Shown here piece by piece: positions 20,561-30,402 of a stretch of 64,000 nt of DNA. The stretch comes from an uncultured Chloroflexia bacterium. Its GTDB lineage: Bacteria; Chloroflexota; Limnocylindria; Limnocylindrales; CSP1-4. Location: the NCBI GenBank assembly GCA_963697415.1, contig CAVONW010000003.1:1275373-1339372 (forward strand), in the 5' to 3' direction. Position 1 is the first letter of the stretch. Every line of letters begins with the position of its first letter. The notes beneath the pieces are model-generated. The model had not been told where the DNA came from, searched no databases, and was given only the letters and a program-made list of their open reading frames with translations. The position numbers and the translations under genes are program-made.

Positions 20561-21916
20561 TCAAGGCGGAGCCGCCCGAAGGCGCAACTCCTCTGGTAAC
20601 TCGATAGCGCCCAATGACCCGGCGACCGGGGCGGGACCCGATCGCCGGGTTCTCACGTCTGGAGGGAGAATCGTCGCGAGCCTCCCGGGAGCCGTGGGTT
20701 CCACATCCTCGATCCGCCTGATTCGACGTACCGGGGAGAACACGACCCACAGCGGCGCACAGGCGATCCCGATGGCGCCGACCGCCAATGCACTTCGCAG
20801 ATCAAACGCCTCGCCGATGATTCCTCCCAGTAGCGCGCCGAGGGGCATCACGCCGTAGCCGAGGGTCCGATAGCTGGCGTTCATCCGTGCCAGCAGGTGG
20901 TTCGGGGTGACCGTCTGGCGGATGGTCATGACGTGAATGACCGTGATGGCCACGAACGCGCCGGCGACAGCGAGGACCAGTGCGAGGACACCCACGGTGG
21001 TCGGCGAGGAGTCGTCGACGAACGGGATCGCGAGATAGACGCTGCACGCGATGATCATCGCTCCGAGAATCGTGGTCCCGAGACCAAGCCGAGCCGCGAG
21101 CCGGCCCGCGACCAGAGAACCCGCCAGGGAGCCGACGGCACCGACCACGAAGATCAACCCGACGAGCGCCGGCGCGAAACCCAGCTCCCGGGTGAGGAAC
21201 AGCAGGAAGGCCGCGTTGAACAGCGCCCAGAACAGGTTGAACGTCGCCGCTTCGAACGCGAAGGCGCGAAGGATGGGCTGGCCGAACGTGACCCGGAGAC
21301 CTTCGCCGATCTCCGCCCGAAGATCACGCCCGGATCTGGCCGCGGGCGCGGGTTCCGGGTGCCGGATCGCGGCCAGGCTGCCGGCCGAAACGAGATAACT
21401 CAGGGCGTCGGCGGCAAGGGCGAACGGTGCGCCGACCAGCGACACCAGCGCGCCCGCCAGTCCCGGGCCGGCGATTTCTGCGGCAGAGGCGCTCGAGAAC
21501 AGCCGTGCGTTCGCGGTCGTGAGCCGGTCCCGGCCGACCAGCGATGGGACGTACGCGAGGAAGGCCACCTCGAACACCACCGCGCCGCAGCCGGCGGCAA
21601 ACGCCACCACGGCCAGGAGGGGGAGTGACAGGAGCCCCAAGGCGGCCGCGACGGGGATCGCACCGATCAGTCCCGCCCGTGCCAGGTTCGCGACGAGCAT
21701 GACGGGCCGGCGCCGGATGCGATCGATCCAGGCGCCGGCGAACAGCGTCAGGAACAGAAACGGGGCGTACTCGACGGCAGCCAGCAGCCCCATCTCGAAC
21801 GGCGAGGCGTGCAGGACGAGGATCGCGGACAGGGGCAGGGCCAGGAAGGTGACCTGGGACCCGAACAGCGAGAGAGTCTGGCCGAACCACAAATTCCGAA
21901 ACGCCGAGCTATGCAC
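20561..21916 (-). CDS. MFS transporter
   Basis: FRNLWFGQTLS, AGAWIDRIRRRP, 12-TM pattern. Confidence 0.9.
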   Translation of the reverse strand: MHSSAFRNLWFGQTLSLFGSQVTFLALPLSAILVLHASPFEMGLLAAVEYAPFLFLTLFAGAWIDRIRRRPVMLVANLARAGLIGAIPVAAALGLLSLPLLAVVAFAAGCGAVVFEVAFLAYVPSLVGRDRLTTANARLFSSASAAEIAGPGLAGALVSLVGAPFALAADALSYLVSAGSLAAIRHPEPAPAARSGRDLRAEIGEGLRVTFGQPILRAFAFEAATFNLFWALFNAAFLLFLTRELGFAPALVGLIFVVGAVGSLAGSLVAGRLAARLGLGTTILGAMIIACSVYLAIPFVDDSSPTTVGVLALVLAVAGAFVAITVIHVMTIRQTVTPNHLLARMNASYRTLGYGVMPLGALLGGIIGEAFDLRSALAVGAIGIACAPLWVVFSPVRRIRRIEDVEPTAPGRLATILPPDVRTRRSGPAPVAGSLGAIELPEELRLRAAPP

Positions 21917-21920
21917 GTGG

Positions 21921-22002
21921 TCACCACCGTACGCACTTGACTGGTTATGTGCTTGCGAGTCTAGGGGACCGGTGCTAACCTGTCAAGCGAGATGGATGGT
22001 GT
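21921..22002. promoter_or_regulatory. Divergent promoter/operator region
   Basis: Inverted repeat CTTGACTGGTTA (21936) ... TAACCTGTCAAG (21987), each arm containing TTGAC. Confidence 0.55.
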
Positions 22003-22039
22003 TGACGCAACTGTGGCCGCAGTCGGTCGAGGTGTCGCG

Positions 22040-22618
22040 ATGTCACCCCAGTCCGCGAGCAGGCGAGAGCCGGCGCCGGGTGGGCTGGAACTCGTCCGCT
22101 CGTTCCTCAACTCGTCCGACATCGAAGCCGGAACTGACGAGTTCGCCACCCTTGCTGGAGTCGAGGCGTGGCTCCGCTCCCACGATCTGCCGTTCGCCGG
22201 AGCTCGTGTCACCGACAGTGACCGCGAGCGACTGGTCGCCGTTCGGGAGGCACTTCGGGACGTGGTCACGTGCCGCGATCGCGGCGAGCCCGACGATGCG
22301 GCGCTCGGCTTCCTGCACGAGACAGCCAGGTCCAGCCCGCTGACCGTCGCCTTCGAGGCGGATGGTCAGGCTACCCTCCGGTCGAACAAATCCGGCGTTA
22401 CCGGGGCAATCGGAGGCATTCTCGGGGAGATCTCGGTTGCGTCGGTCGCCGGAACGTGGTCCCGCCTCAAGGTCTGCCGAAATGACGCCTGTCGCTGGGC
22501 GTACTACGACGCGTCGCGGAACCACTCCGGGATCTGGTGCTCGATGGCGATCTGTGGCAATCGCGCCAAGGGCCGGGCCCTGCGGGGCCGCCGACGCGTC
22601 CCGTCGACCAGCCCTTGA
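22040..22618 (+). CDS. ABATE/CGNR zinc finger regulator
   Basis: RLKVCRNDACRWAYYDASRN..WCSMAICGNRAK. Confidence 0.92.
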   Translation: MSPQSASRREPAPGGLELVRSFLNSSDIEAGTDEFATLAGVEAWLRSHDLPFAGARVTDSDRERLVAVREALRDVVTCRDRGEPDDAALGFLHETARSSPLTVAFEADGQATLRSNKSGVTGAIGGILGEISVASVAGTWSRLKVCRNDACRWAYYDASRNHSGIWCSMAICGNRAKGRALRGRRRVPSTSP

Positions 22619-25156
22619 TCAGGCCTTGATTCGGAGGCGGTCCGGGTCGTACATCGGCCGGATGGAAGCTCGCGCCGGGTAACGAGCGCCCGCGACGTCG
22701 ATCTCGAACTGCCCGTGCTCGATCGCCTCGGCGGGCAGCCCCGCCTCGTCCTCGATCGTCGCCAGCCCCACGGCCCCGCCGAGCGTGTGCCCGTAGGCGC
22801 CGGCGCGGACGTACCCGAGCCAGCGGCCGTCCCGGAGCACCGGCTCGCCCCCGTGCAGGAACGGCTCGGGGTCGTCCAGCAGCACCTGGACCAGGCGTCG
22901 CTTCGGCGGCCCGGGGACGCGCGCCGCGAGCAACGCGTCACGCCCGATGAAGCCACCGGGCTTGTCCCACGCCACCGCGAATCCGAGCCCGACGTCGAGC
23001 GGGCTGTCGCTGTTGTCGATGTCGAGGCAGTAGTCCCGGTAGGCCTTCTCGAGGCGCAGGCTGCCGAGCGCACCCATCCCGACATTGCGGTAGCCGAGGT
23101 CGGCGCCGGCCTCGAGCAGCGCGTCGTACACGGTGAGTGCCAGCTCGGCCGGGACGTGCAGCTCCCAGCCCAGCTCACCGACGTAGGTCACCCGCATGGC
23201 GAGCAGGCGCGCGTAGTGGAGATCGATCTCCTGCGCGGTCATGTACGGAAACGCCTCGTTGGACAGGTCCGCGCTGGTGAGGCGTGACAGGAGCTCCCGC
23301 GAGAGCGGTCCTTGCACGGTCATCAACGTGGTCCCCGATGTGACGTCGGTGACGGTCACGTGCGTCCCGGCCGGCGCGTTCCGCTCGATCCACGGCGCAA
23401 TTCGCCGGTGAATGAGGTCCGTCACGACGACCAGGAAGCGATCTTCGGCCAGGCGGGTGACCGTCAGGTCGGCCTCGATGCCGCCGGCCCTGTTGAGCCA
23501 TTGGGTGTAGACGATGCGCCCGACGGAGACCGAGACATCGTTGGCGGACACGAGGTTGAGGACCTTCTCCGCGTCGCGCCCCTGGACGAGGAACTTGGCC
23601 ATCAGTGACATATCCAGCATCCCCACCGCCTCGCGGATGGTTCGGTGCTCGGTGGCCTGGAGTTGGAAGGACGCGTCGCGGCCAAAGCCAGGGATGATCT
23701 CCGGGTGCGCGTCCGGCCCCGCGAACCACTCGGCGTACTCCCAGCCGGACGACGCCGCGAAGTGCGCTCCGGCCGCCGCCAGCCGGTCGTGGACGACGGA
23801 GCGGCGAACATCCCGCGCGGTCCGATGGTGCCAGTTCGGCCAGACGCCGTGCGCGAATAGCGCGCCCAGCTGTTCGACGGTCCGGTCTGCCCGGAAGCGC
23901 CGGCTTGTCTCGAACGCCTGGGTCCGATCCACGGTCATGCCCGTGACGTCGACGGGCGATACTCCGTCCGCGATCCACCGTGCAATCACGCTCCCGACGC
24001 CGCCGCTGAGCAGGATGCCGAGCGAGTTCAGGCCGGCCGCCACGAAGTAGCCACCGAGCTCGGGCGCCTCGCCGAGCATGGGCGAACTGTCCGCGGTGAA
24101 GCTCTCCGGCCCGCAGAACATCGTCCTGATCCCTGCGTCGTGGAGCGAGGGGAAGCGATCCAGGGCCGTCGACAGGAAGGGCGTGATGCGGTTCCAGTCC
24201 GGTGGCAGGCTGGCGAACTCGATCTCCGCCGGAATGCGGTCCACGGACCACGGGGCGGCGGTGGGCTCGAACAGCCCAACCATGATCCCGCCGCCCTCCT
24301 CACGGTAGTAGCCGAAGCGGTCCGGCTCCTCGACGACCGGCAGGTCCGGATGCGCCCAGGGAACGGTGTCGGTGATGAGGTAGTAGTGCTCCGCCGCCTG
24401 GAGCGGAACGGACACACCGGCGCTCGCTCCGAACTCGCGCGCCCACATGCCGGCCGCGTTGACGACGAACTCGGCCTCGATGGTCCCGCGATCCGTGACG
24501 ACGCCGGTCACGCGGCCGCGCGCCTGCGTGACGCCGATCGCCGCGACGTGCTCCACGATCCTCGCCCCACCCATCCGGGCGCCTTTCGCGTAGGCCATGG
24601 TCAGGTCGGCGGGGTTGACCCGGCCGTCCTCGGCAACGTGGAAGGCGGCGAGGATGTCGTCGGTCCTGGCCGCGGGCCACATCCGTCCGAACTCAGCCGT
24701 GGAGATCTCCTGGTTGTCGACGCCGAATCCGCGTGCAAACGCAGCTTCTCGCCGGAGGGCCTCCAGCCGTCGAGGCGTGGTCGCGACCGACAGGTGACCG
24801 ATGGGTCGGAAGCCGGTCGCCTGGCCCGTCTCCGCTTCGATGGTCGTGCACAGCTCGCGCGTGTAGCGCGCCATCCAGACGAGCGTCTCCGAGGTCATGC
24901 CCGCGCCCGTGATGAGACCGGCCGCGTGCCACGTCGTGCCGGCCGTCAGCTGCCGCCGCTCCAGCAGCACGACGTCCCGCCAGCCGAGCTTCGTCAGGTG
25001 GTAGGCGATGCTCGCGCCGATGACGCCGCCGCCCACGATCACCACCCGGGCGCGATCCGGCAACGGCTCCGGCTGTGCGCGGGACGCATCCTTCTCCGCT
25101 ATGCCCCTCGCCGCCGTCACGCGATCGCCTCCGATCTGCTTCGGCCGCCGCGCCAT
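22619..25156 (-). CDS. GcvT-family FAD oxidoreductase (dimethylglycine/sarcosine dehydrogenase-like)
   Basis: IVGGGVIG, TTWHAAG, GPESFT, aminomethyltransferase C-terminus YVGELGWEL, SLRLEKAY. Confidence 0.9.
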   Translation of the reverse strand: MARRPKQIGGDRVTAARGIAEKDASRAQPEPLPDRARVVIVGGGVIGASIAYHLTKLGWRDVVLLERRQLTAGTTWHAAGLITGAGMTSETLVWMARYTRELCTTIEAETGQATGFRPIGHLSVATTPRRLEALRREAAFARGFGVDNQEISTAEFGRMWPAARTDDILAAFHVAEDGRVNPADLTMAYAKGARMGGARIVEHVAAIGVTQARGRVTGVVTDRGTIEAEFVVNAAGMWAREFGASAGVSVPLQAAEHYYLITDTVPWAHPDLPVVEEPDRFGYYREEGGGIMVGLFEPTAAPWSVDRIPAEIEFASLPPDWNRITPFLSTALDRFPSLHDAGIRTMFCGPESFTADSSPMLGEAPELGGYFVAAGLNSLGILLSGGVGSVIARWIADGVSPVDVTGMTVDRTQAFETSRRFRADRTVEQLGALFAHGVWPNWHHRTARDVRRSVVHDRLAAAGAHFAASSGWEYAEWFAGPDAHPEIIPGFGRDASFQLQATEHRTIREAVGMLDMSLMAKFLVQGRDAEKVLNLVSANDVSVSVGRIVYTQWLNRAGGIEADLTVTRLAEDRFLVVVTDLIHRRIAPWIERNAPAGTHVTVTDVTSGTTLMTVQGPLSRELLSRLTSADLSNEAFPYMTAQEIDLHYARLLAMRVTYVGELGWELHVPAELALTVYDALLEAGADLGYRNVGMGALGSLRLEKAYRDYCLDIDNSDSPLDVGLGFAVAWDKPGGFIGRDALLAARVPGPPKRRLVQVLLDDPEPFLHGGEPVLRDGRWLGYVRAGAYGHTLGGAVGLATIEDEAGLPAEAIEHGQFEIDVAGARYPARASIRPMYDPDRLRIKA

Positions 25157-25224
25157 CGTGCGGTCCGTCCCGATTCTAGCCTTCGGGCTGTTCGCTGGCC
25201 CACGCCGCGCTACAGTTGCCTGCG

Positions 25225-25476
25225 ATGCCCTTGCTCGACACGTCGAAGGCGGCCCTTGAACGTCAGCGCGAGACGTTTCGACGGATGACGCCCGACGACA
25301 GATTGGCGGTGGCGGCAGAGATGAGCGATGAGATCCGGACGATCACGGAGTCCGGGATCCGACAACGTCACCCGGAATACTCTGATGACCAGGTTCGGGC
25401 GGAGTTGGTCGGGATCCTGCTCGGCCACGGCACTGCATCCGCCGGTGGTGCCCGGCGCATCTCCACGGCACGGTGA
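25225..25476 (+). CDS. Small hypothetical protein, putative partner of the downstream nucleotidyltransferase
   Basis: 83 aa, RRMTPDDRL...GIRQRHPEYS; GTGA overlap with the next gene. Confidence 0.65.
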   Translation: MPLLDTSKAALERQRETFRRMTPDDRLAVAAEMSDEIRTITESGIRQRHPEYSDDQVRAELVGILLGHGTASAGGARRISTAR

Positions 25477-26036
25477 GCCTCGCAGCGCTCCTCGCTGCCA
25501 CGATCGGACAACTGGAGCGAGCCGGCGTCGCCTACATGGTCACCGGGTCCGTCGCGAGTTCGTACCACGGCGAACCACGATCCACGCGCGACCTCGACAT
25601 CGTCATCGATCCCGATCCAGTGGCGATCAACCGGCTCGTCGCGGAGATCCAGGAGGCTGGGATGTATGTCGACCCGGACGCGGCGGTCGCCGCGCTCGGC
25701 GGACGGACGCAGTTCAACGCGATCGATGCCACGAGTGGCTGGAAGGTGGACTTCCTGATCCGCAGGAACCGGCCGTTCTCGCAGGAGGAATTTGACCGGC
25801 GGACCCGCGCAAATCTTCTCGGCACCACCGCTTGGATCGCCAGTCCAGAGGACACGATCATCGCCAAGCTCGAATGGGCCGTGTCCAGCGGCTCGGACCG
25901 GCAGCTCAGCGACGCTGCCGCCATGCTCGACATCGGCCGGGACTCCCTCGACCTCGCGTATATCGACCGCTGGGTCGCCGGCCTTGGACTGCACGAGGCC
26001 TGGAGCCGAGCACAGCCGCTTCGGACGGCCGACTGA
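25473..26036 (+). CDS. Pol-beta-superfamily nucleotidyltransferase
   Basis: YMVTGSVAS..GEPRSTRDLDI, KVDF, SPEDTIIAKL. Confidence 0.8.
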   Translation: MSLAALLAATIGQLERAGVAYMVTGSVASSYHGEPRSTRDLDIVIDPDPVAINRLVAEIQEAGMYVDPDAAVAALGGRTQFNAIDATSGWKVDFLIRRNRPFSQEEFDRRTRANLLGTTAWIASPEDTIIAKLEWAVSSGSDRQLSDAAAMLDIGRDSLDLAYIDRWVAGLGLHEAWSRAQPLRTAD

Positions 26037-26127
26037 TCCAACCTGAGATCAGTCCGCCGGGTATCCGGGTTCCGTTGACCGGCACCGTACGATCGATCGA
26101 CCCATCGCAGCATCCGGGAGGTCATCG

Positions 26128-26499
26128 ATGGCAACCGATCTGACCGTGGCCCTCGTCGACCGTCCCGGCGCGCTCGCCCAAGCGAGCGATGTGCTCGGTC
26201 GGGCCGGGGTCAACATCGAGGGCGCCTGCGGGTACATCTGCGGCGACCGAGGTGTCTTCCACGTCCTGGTTCTCGACGCCGAGCGGGCGCGCCGCGCCCT
26301 GATCGACGCCGGGTTTGAGCTGCTCGGGGAGCAGCAGGTCGCGCTGATCCCAGTCGAGAACAAGGCAGGCGCCGGGGCCGGTCTCCTGCGCCGGCTCGCC
26401 GACGAGGGCGTCAATGTCGATCTTCTCTACGTGACCGTCGACGGACGCCTCGTGATTGGTGGCCCCGACGTGACGGCGATCAAGCGCGCCCTCGGCTGA
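26128..26499 (+). CDS. Tandem ACT domain protein
   Basis: DRPGALA...AGVNIE and NKAGAG...EGVNVD. Confidence 0.85.
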   Translation: MATDLTVALVDRPGALAQASDVLGRAGVNIEGACGYICGDRGVFHVLVLDAERARRALIDAGFELLGEQQVALIPVENKAGAGAGLLRRLADEGVNVDLLYVTVDGRLVIGGPDVTAIKRALG

Positions 26500-26536
26500 T
26501 CAATTCGACTGGGACTGCCGCCGAGGACGGAACCAT

Positions 26537-28723
26537 CTACGGCAACAGCGGCGGGAGCCGGTACACGTTCGGGCCGGCGACCCACACGGCACCGTCGGGC
26601 GCAACCGACACGGCGTCGAGCCAGACGCCGCGCCACGGCTGGCGCCATGCCTGCCCGTCGAACACGGCGATCCCGTCCCCGACGGCGATCAGGGACCCGT
26701 CGGGGATCTGCCCGAGCGCATTGACATAGTCGATGCCCAAATTGCCAGCACGGCGCACCCATTGCCCTTCGACCTGCTGCATCAGGTCGGTGTGCGATGA
26801 GCTGCCTCTCGGATCCCACGTGGTGGTCGTCACCCACAGTGTTCCGTCGCGGTCGACCGCGATCGCAGATGGGTAGACATCCGCGTCCGGCTGATCGGCG
26901 GGCGGCAGGGAGACCGTCTCCCACGACCGCCCAGCTGCGCGCGACAGGGTGTTGCCCCACCCACGCTGGAGGAGCCAGATCGTGCCGTCGGCGGTCGCCG
27001 CCAGCCTCGCCGAACACACGTCATCCAGCGACGGCGCGGGATAGAGACTCGGAACCCATCCGCCGCCGACCGCCTGGAGGGCCACCAGCTGGTTACCCGA
27101 GCGCGGTCCAGCGTAGTACGCGACCCCGTCATGACCAATGAAGACGGCCCCGCCACAGCCGTGGCGGTCCACGGCCGGTTCGGGCACCACACGCTCCACC
27201 ATGGCACCCAGATTGGACCAGATGCCATTGCGACGGACCAGCGGGCCGGAGCCGGTGGCGACCCAGAGCGCCCCGTCCGGAGCGACCGCCGCCTGCCCGA
27301 CGGTCGTCTCGGTTGGCAGCTGCTCCCGGTGCCAGGTGGTGCCGTCGAACCGAAACAGTCCGCCCTCCTGCGGAGCGCCGGTCGCCCGACTCTCGACCGC
27401 TACCCAGACCTCAGTGCGCGACGTCGCCGCGAGCGTCATCCCGAATCCGAACGCCACCCCTCGGCCCAGCGGGCTCGATCCGGGCGCCGGTTGCCCAGGC
27501 TGCGTCGATATCTCGAGCCGCTGCCATGACCCGTCCGCCAGCCGATACAGTCCGGCCTCTGTCGCTGCGAGGGCGTAACCCGGACCGGGCAGAACGGTCG
27601 CCCCAGGCCACTCGACGTCATCCGCTCCGGGCAGCCCGTCCGCATCGTCATAGATCGTCACGGCAGACCCGTCGAACACCTGGATCTGGACCGCGCACGT
27701 CTCGCAGTCGTCCCGGACGAACCAGACCTTGCCGTCGGCGCCGACGGCGCTGAACGACGCGTTGCCCGCCAGATCCTCCAGCACGAAGCTGGTCCAGTCG
27801 CCCGCCTTGAACCGCGCCAGGTCCCTCTCTATGGCAACCCAGACGCTGCCGTCGCCGCCGGCGAACAGCGCTGGGATCGAGCGCCCGAAGGAAGCTACCC
27901 CGGGCAGATCGTCAGAAGTGAAGTTGGTCCAGGAAGACCCGTCCCAGGCGGAGATACCTCGCGGGAACCACTCGCCACCCTCACCTTGGTCGTAGTTGGC
28001 CGTCCACACTCTGTCGCCGGCGTCGACCACGATGCTGGACGCACCCCGGCTCGGGCGCCCCGGCGGGTCGCTCGTCCAGGTTCCGTCGGCCCAGCGGATC
28101 AGCCCGTACGGATCGGTCGCCGCCCAGAGGCTGCCGTCGGAGCTCTCGACGACGGACCAGACCCCGTCGGGCGTCTCGATGACCGCTTGGAACCGCTCCC
28201 CGTCGAACAGTCGGATCACCCCCTGGCTCACGAGCCAGACGCCGCCCTGCCTCGCCGGCGCCAACCAAGCCGTCGCGAACGCCGGATCGTCGGCGAGGGT
28301 CCACTCGCGGCTGCGACCCGTCTGCGGGTCCAGGTTGATGACTCCACCCGCGCGGGTCGTCCAGACCGTGCCGTCAGCGTCGGCTATCAGACTCCCGGTG
28401 GCCGGGTTACCGGTGTCGGCGACGAGCATCCCGGTCGGGGAGAGCTCGGCTGTGGTGACCGGCGCGGCGAAGGGCGCGAGGGTGGGTACTGGCGTGGGCA
28501 CCGGTGCCGGGCTTGAGGTGCGACGCGGCGTTGCGGCCGCAACCGGAGCGCTGGCGCTTGGGAGGGGCGACGACGCCTGGTCCGTCCCCTCGCCGGTCAG
28601 GTTGGTGATGAACCCGAGGCCCACCAGGAGGACGGCCGCGGCGATCACCATGAACGCGGGCACCCGCGAGCGATCACCGCCGATCGACGCCCGGAACTCC
28701 GTTGGCTTGTCCGACGGATCCAC
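26537..28723 (-). CDS. Membrane-anchored beta-propeller protein (two-component regulator propeller-like repeats)
   Basis: TM, Pro/Ser/Thr linker, many DG.[LV]W and FDG..W repeats; GGAGG RBS before GTG. Confidence 0.75.
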   Translation of the reverse strand: MDPSDKPTEFRASIGGDRSRVPAFMVIAAAVLLVGLGFITNLTGEGTDQASSPLPSASAPVAAATPRRTSSPAPVPTPVPTLAPFAAPVTTAELSPTGMLVADTGNPATGSLIADADGTVWTTRAGGVINLDPQTGRSREWTLADDPAFATAWLAPARQGGVWLVSQGVIRLFDGERFQAVIETPDGVWSVVESSDGSLWAATDPYGLIRWADGTWTSDPPGRPSRGASSIVVDAGDRVWTANYDQGEGGEWFPRGISAWDGSSWTNFTSDDLPGVASFGRSIPALFAGGDGSVWVAIERDLARFKAGDWTSFVLEDLAGNASFSAVGADGKVWFVRDDCETCAVQIQVFDGSAVTIYDDADGLPGADDVEWPGATVLPGPGYALAATEAGLYRLADGSWQRLEISTQPGQPAPGSSPLGRGVAFGFGMTLAATSRTEVWVAVESRATGAPQEGGLFRFDGTTWHREQLPTETTVGQAAVAPDGALWVATGSGPLVRRNGIWSNLGAMVERVVPEPAVDRHGCGGAVFIGHDGVAYYAGPRSGNQLVALQAVGGGWVPSLYPAPSLDDVCSARLAATADGTIWLLQRGWGNTLSRAAGRSWETVSLPPADQPDADVYPSAIAVDRDGTLWVTTTTWDPRGSSSHTDLMQQVEGQWVRRAGNLGIDYVNALGQIPDGSLIAVGDGIAVFDGQAWRQPWRGVWLDAVSVAPDGAVWVAGPNVYRLPPLLP

Positions 28724-28823
28724 GTGTCGCCTCCAACGTTGACCCCGAGCCAGGAGGGGGACGATCCCGGTTGACCGAAGCCATCGATCACGAATACTGC
28801 CAGTCGGCCGGTGCCGCGGCGAG

Positions 28824-29018
28824 TCAGCGCGCCGGGTCGGTCCCGTCCCCCGGTTGGCGGCGACCCGGGCGCGGCAGGCGACCGGCATCGCGGAGCGCCC
28901 CACGAATGAGGAACTCGAGCTGTCCGTTCACGCTCCGCAACTCGTCCCGCGCCCACCCCTGCAGGGCCGCGAAGTCATCCGGATCGAGGCGCAGCAGGTA
29001 CGTCTTGCGACGAGCCAT
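28824..29018 (-). CDS. Arc/ribbon-helix-helix DNA-binding protein
   Basis: RKTYLLRLDP...WARDELRSVNGQLEFLI. Confidence 0.85.
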   Translation of the reverse strand: MARRKTYLLRLDPDDFAALQGWARDELRSVNGQLEFLIRGALRDAGRLPRPGRRQPGDGTDPAR

Positions 29019-29029
29019 CGGCTCGTCGA

Positions 29030-29914
29030 TCAGCTGTACAACGTCCCGGTGTTGACCACCGGCTGCGTCTGCTGCTCGCTGCACAGGACGACGAGCAGGT
29101 TGCTCACCATCGCCGCCTTTCGTTCCTCGTCGAGATCCACGAGCTGCTTCTCGGACAGCGCGGCGAGTGCCATCTCGACCATGCCGACCGCGCCCTCGAC
29201 GATCCGGGTCCGTGCCGCAATGACGGCCTCGGCCTGCTGGCGCCGGAGCATGGTGCTGGCGATCTCGGGCGCGTACGCGAGGTGGCTGAGCCTCGCCTCG
29301 ATCACCTCGACGCCTGCCCGCTGGAGCCGGTCCTGGACCTCGTTCTTGAGCTGCTCGGAGATCTCGACGGGGTTGGCGCGCAGCGACATCTCGTCGTCAC
29401 GGTGCGAGTCGTAGGGGTAGGCCATGACGAGGGTCCGCAGGGCAGCCTCGGCCTGGACGTGGACGTAGCTCTCGTAGTCGTCGACTTCGAACAGCGCTTC
29501 GGCCGTGTCGGTCACCTTCCACACGATGACCGCGGCGACCTCGATCGGGTTGCCGCTGTGGTCATTGACCTTGATCCGTCCGCTCTCGAAGTTCCGCACC
29601 CGGACCGAGATCCTGGGCCGCAGGGTGAACGGGTTGACCCACCAGAATCCCTGCTGGCGGACGGTGCCGCTGTAGCGACCGAGGAAGACGACCGCACGTG
29701 CCTCGTTGGGGCTCACGACCGTCAGCCCGACGGCGACCAGCGCCACCGGAACCAGCAGGAGCAGCGGCACGAACATGAGCGCGTCAAACGCGCCTTGCTC
29801 GATCATCGTCCAGATGAGCCACGAGAACCAGACAACGAGGGCGATCGTCGCGCCGATCAAGGCGAGCGCAATCGGTAGTCCGGGGAAGGATCGGGCAGAG
29901 CGTTCCGTAACCAT
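29030..29914 (-). CDS. SPFH/band 7 domain membrane protein
   Basis: GFWWVNP, KVNDHSGNPIEV, HLAYAPEIA.TMLRRQQA, NLLVVLC. Confidence 0.92.
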   Translation of the reverse strand: MVTERSARSFPGLPIALALIGATIALVVWFSWLIWTMIEQGAFDALMFVPLLLLVPVALVAVGLTVVSPNEARAVVFLGRYSGTVRQQGFWWVNPFTLRPRISVRVRNFESGRIKVNDHSGNPIEVAAVIVWKVTDTAEALFEVDDYESYVHVQAEAALRTLVMAYPYDSHRDDEMSLRANPVEISEQLKNEVQDRLQRAGVEVIEARLSHLAYAPEIASTMLRRQQAEAVIAARTRIVEGAVGMVEMALAALSEKQLVDLDEERKAAMVSNLLVVLCSEQQTQPVVNTGTLYS

Positions 29915-30019
29915 CGATGTCTCCTTTCTGTGCCGGATGATATCACATCGATAGCACAACCCGAAAGCTCGGCTGCGCTACGCTCCCCGGGCGCGTCCAT
30001 ATGAAGCAGGATGTTGACG

Positions 30020-30325
30020 TGCCGAATTGCCGACGATCTGGTCGAAATCGGGGTGGCCGGCATCAACCCACTGCAGCCCGAGCACATGGACGCGGTCCGC
30101 ATCCGACGCCGGTTTGGCCGCCGGCTGGCGTTCTGGGGCACGGTCGGTCGGCAGACAACGTTCGCCTTCGCCAGCCTTGGGGAGATCCGCCAGGAGGTGC
30201 ACGACAGGGTCGAAACGCTCGGACGCGCCGGGCTGGTCCTATGCCCGGCATATGACATCGATGAGCCCGACGTACCGTGGCAGAACGTCGTCGCCTTCCT
30301 CGAGGCGGGCGCCGCATACGGGTAG
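30020..30325 (+). pseudogene. C-terminal fragment of a uroporphyrinogen decarboxylase-family protein
   Basis: DLVEIGV..INPLQPE.MD...LAFWGTVG.Q...GLVLCPAY...VPWQNV; N-terminal two-thirds absent. Confidence 0.7.
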
Positions 30326-30402
30326 GCTCCCCAGTCCCGACCGCGCGCGCAGGGCGGTCAATCGGATGCGCTGGCCTCGGCGGAGATGACGTCGGCCAGC
30401 CG

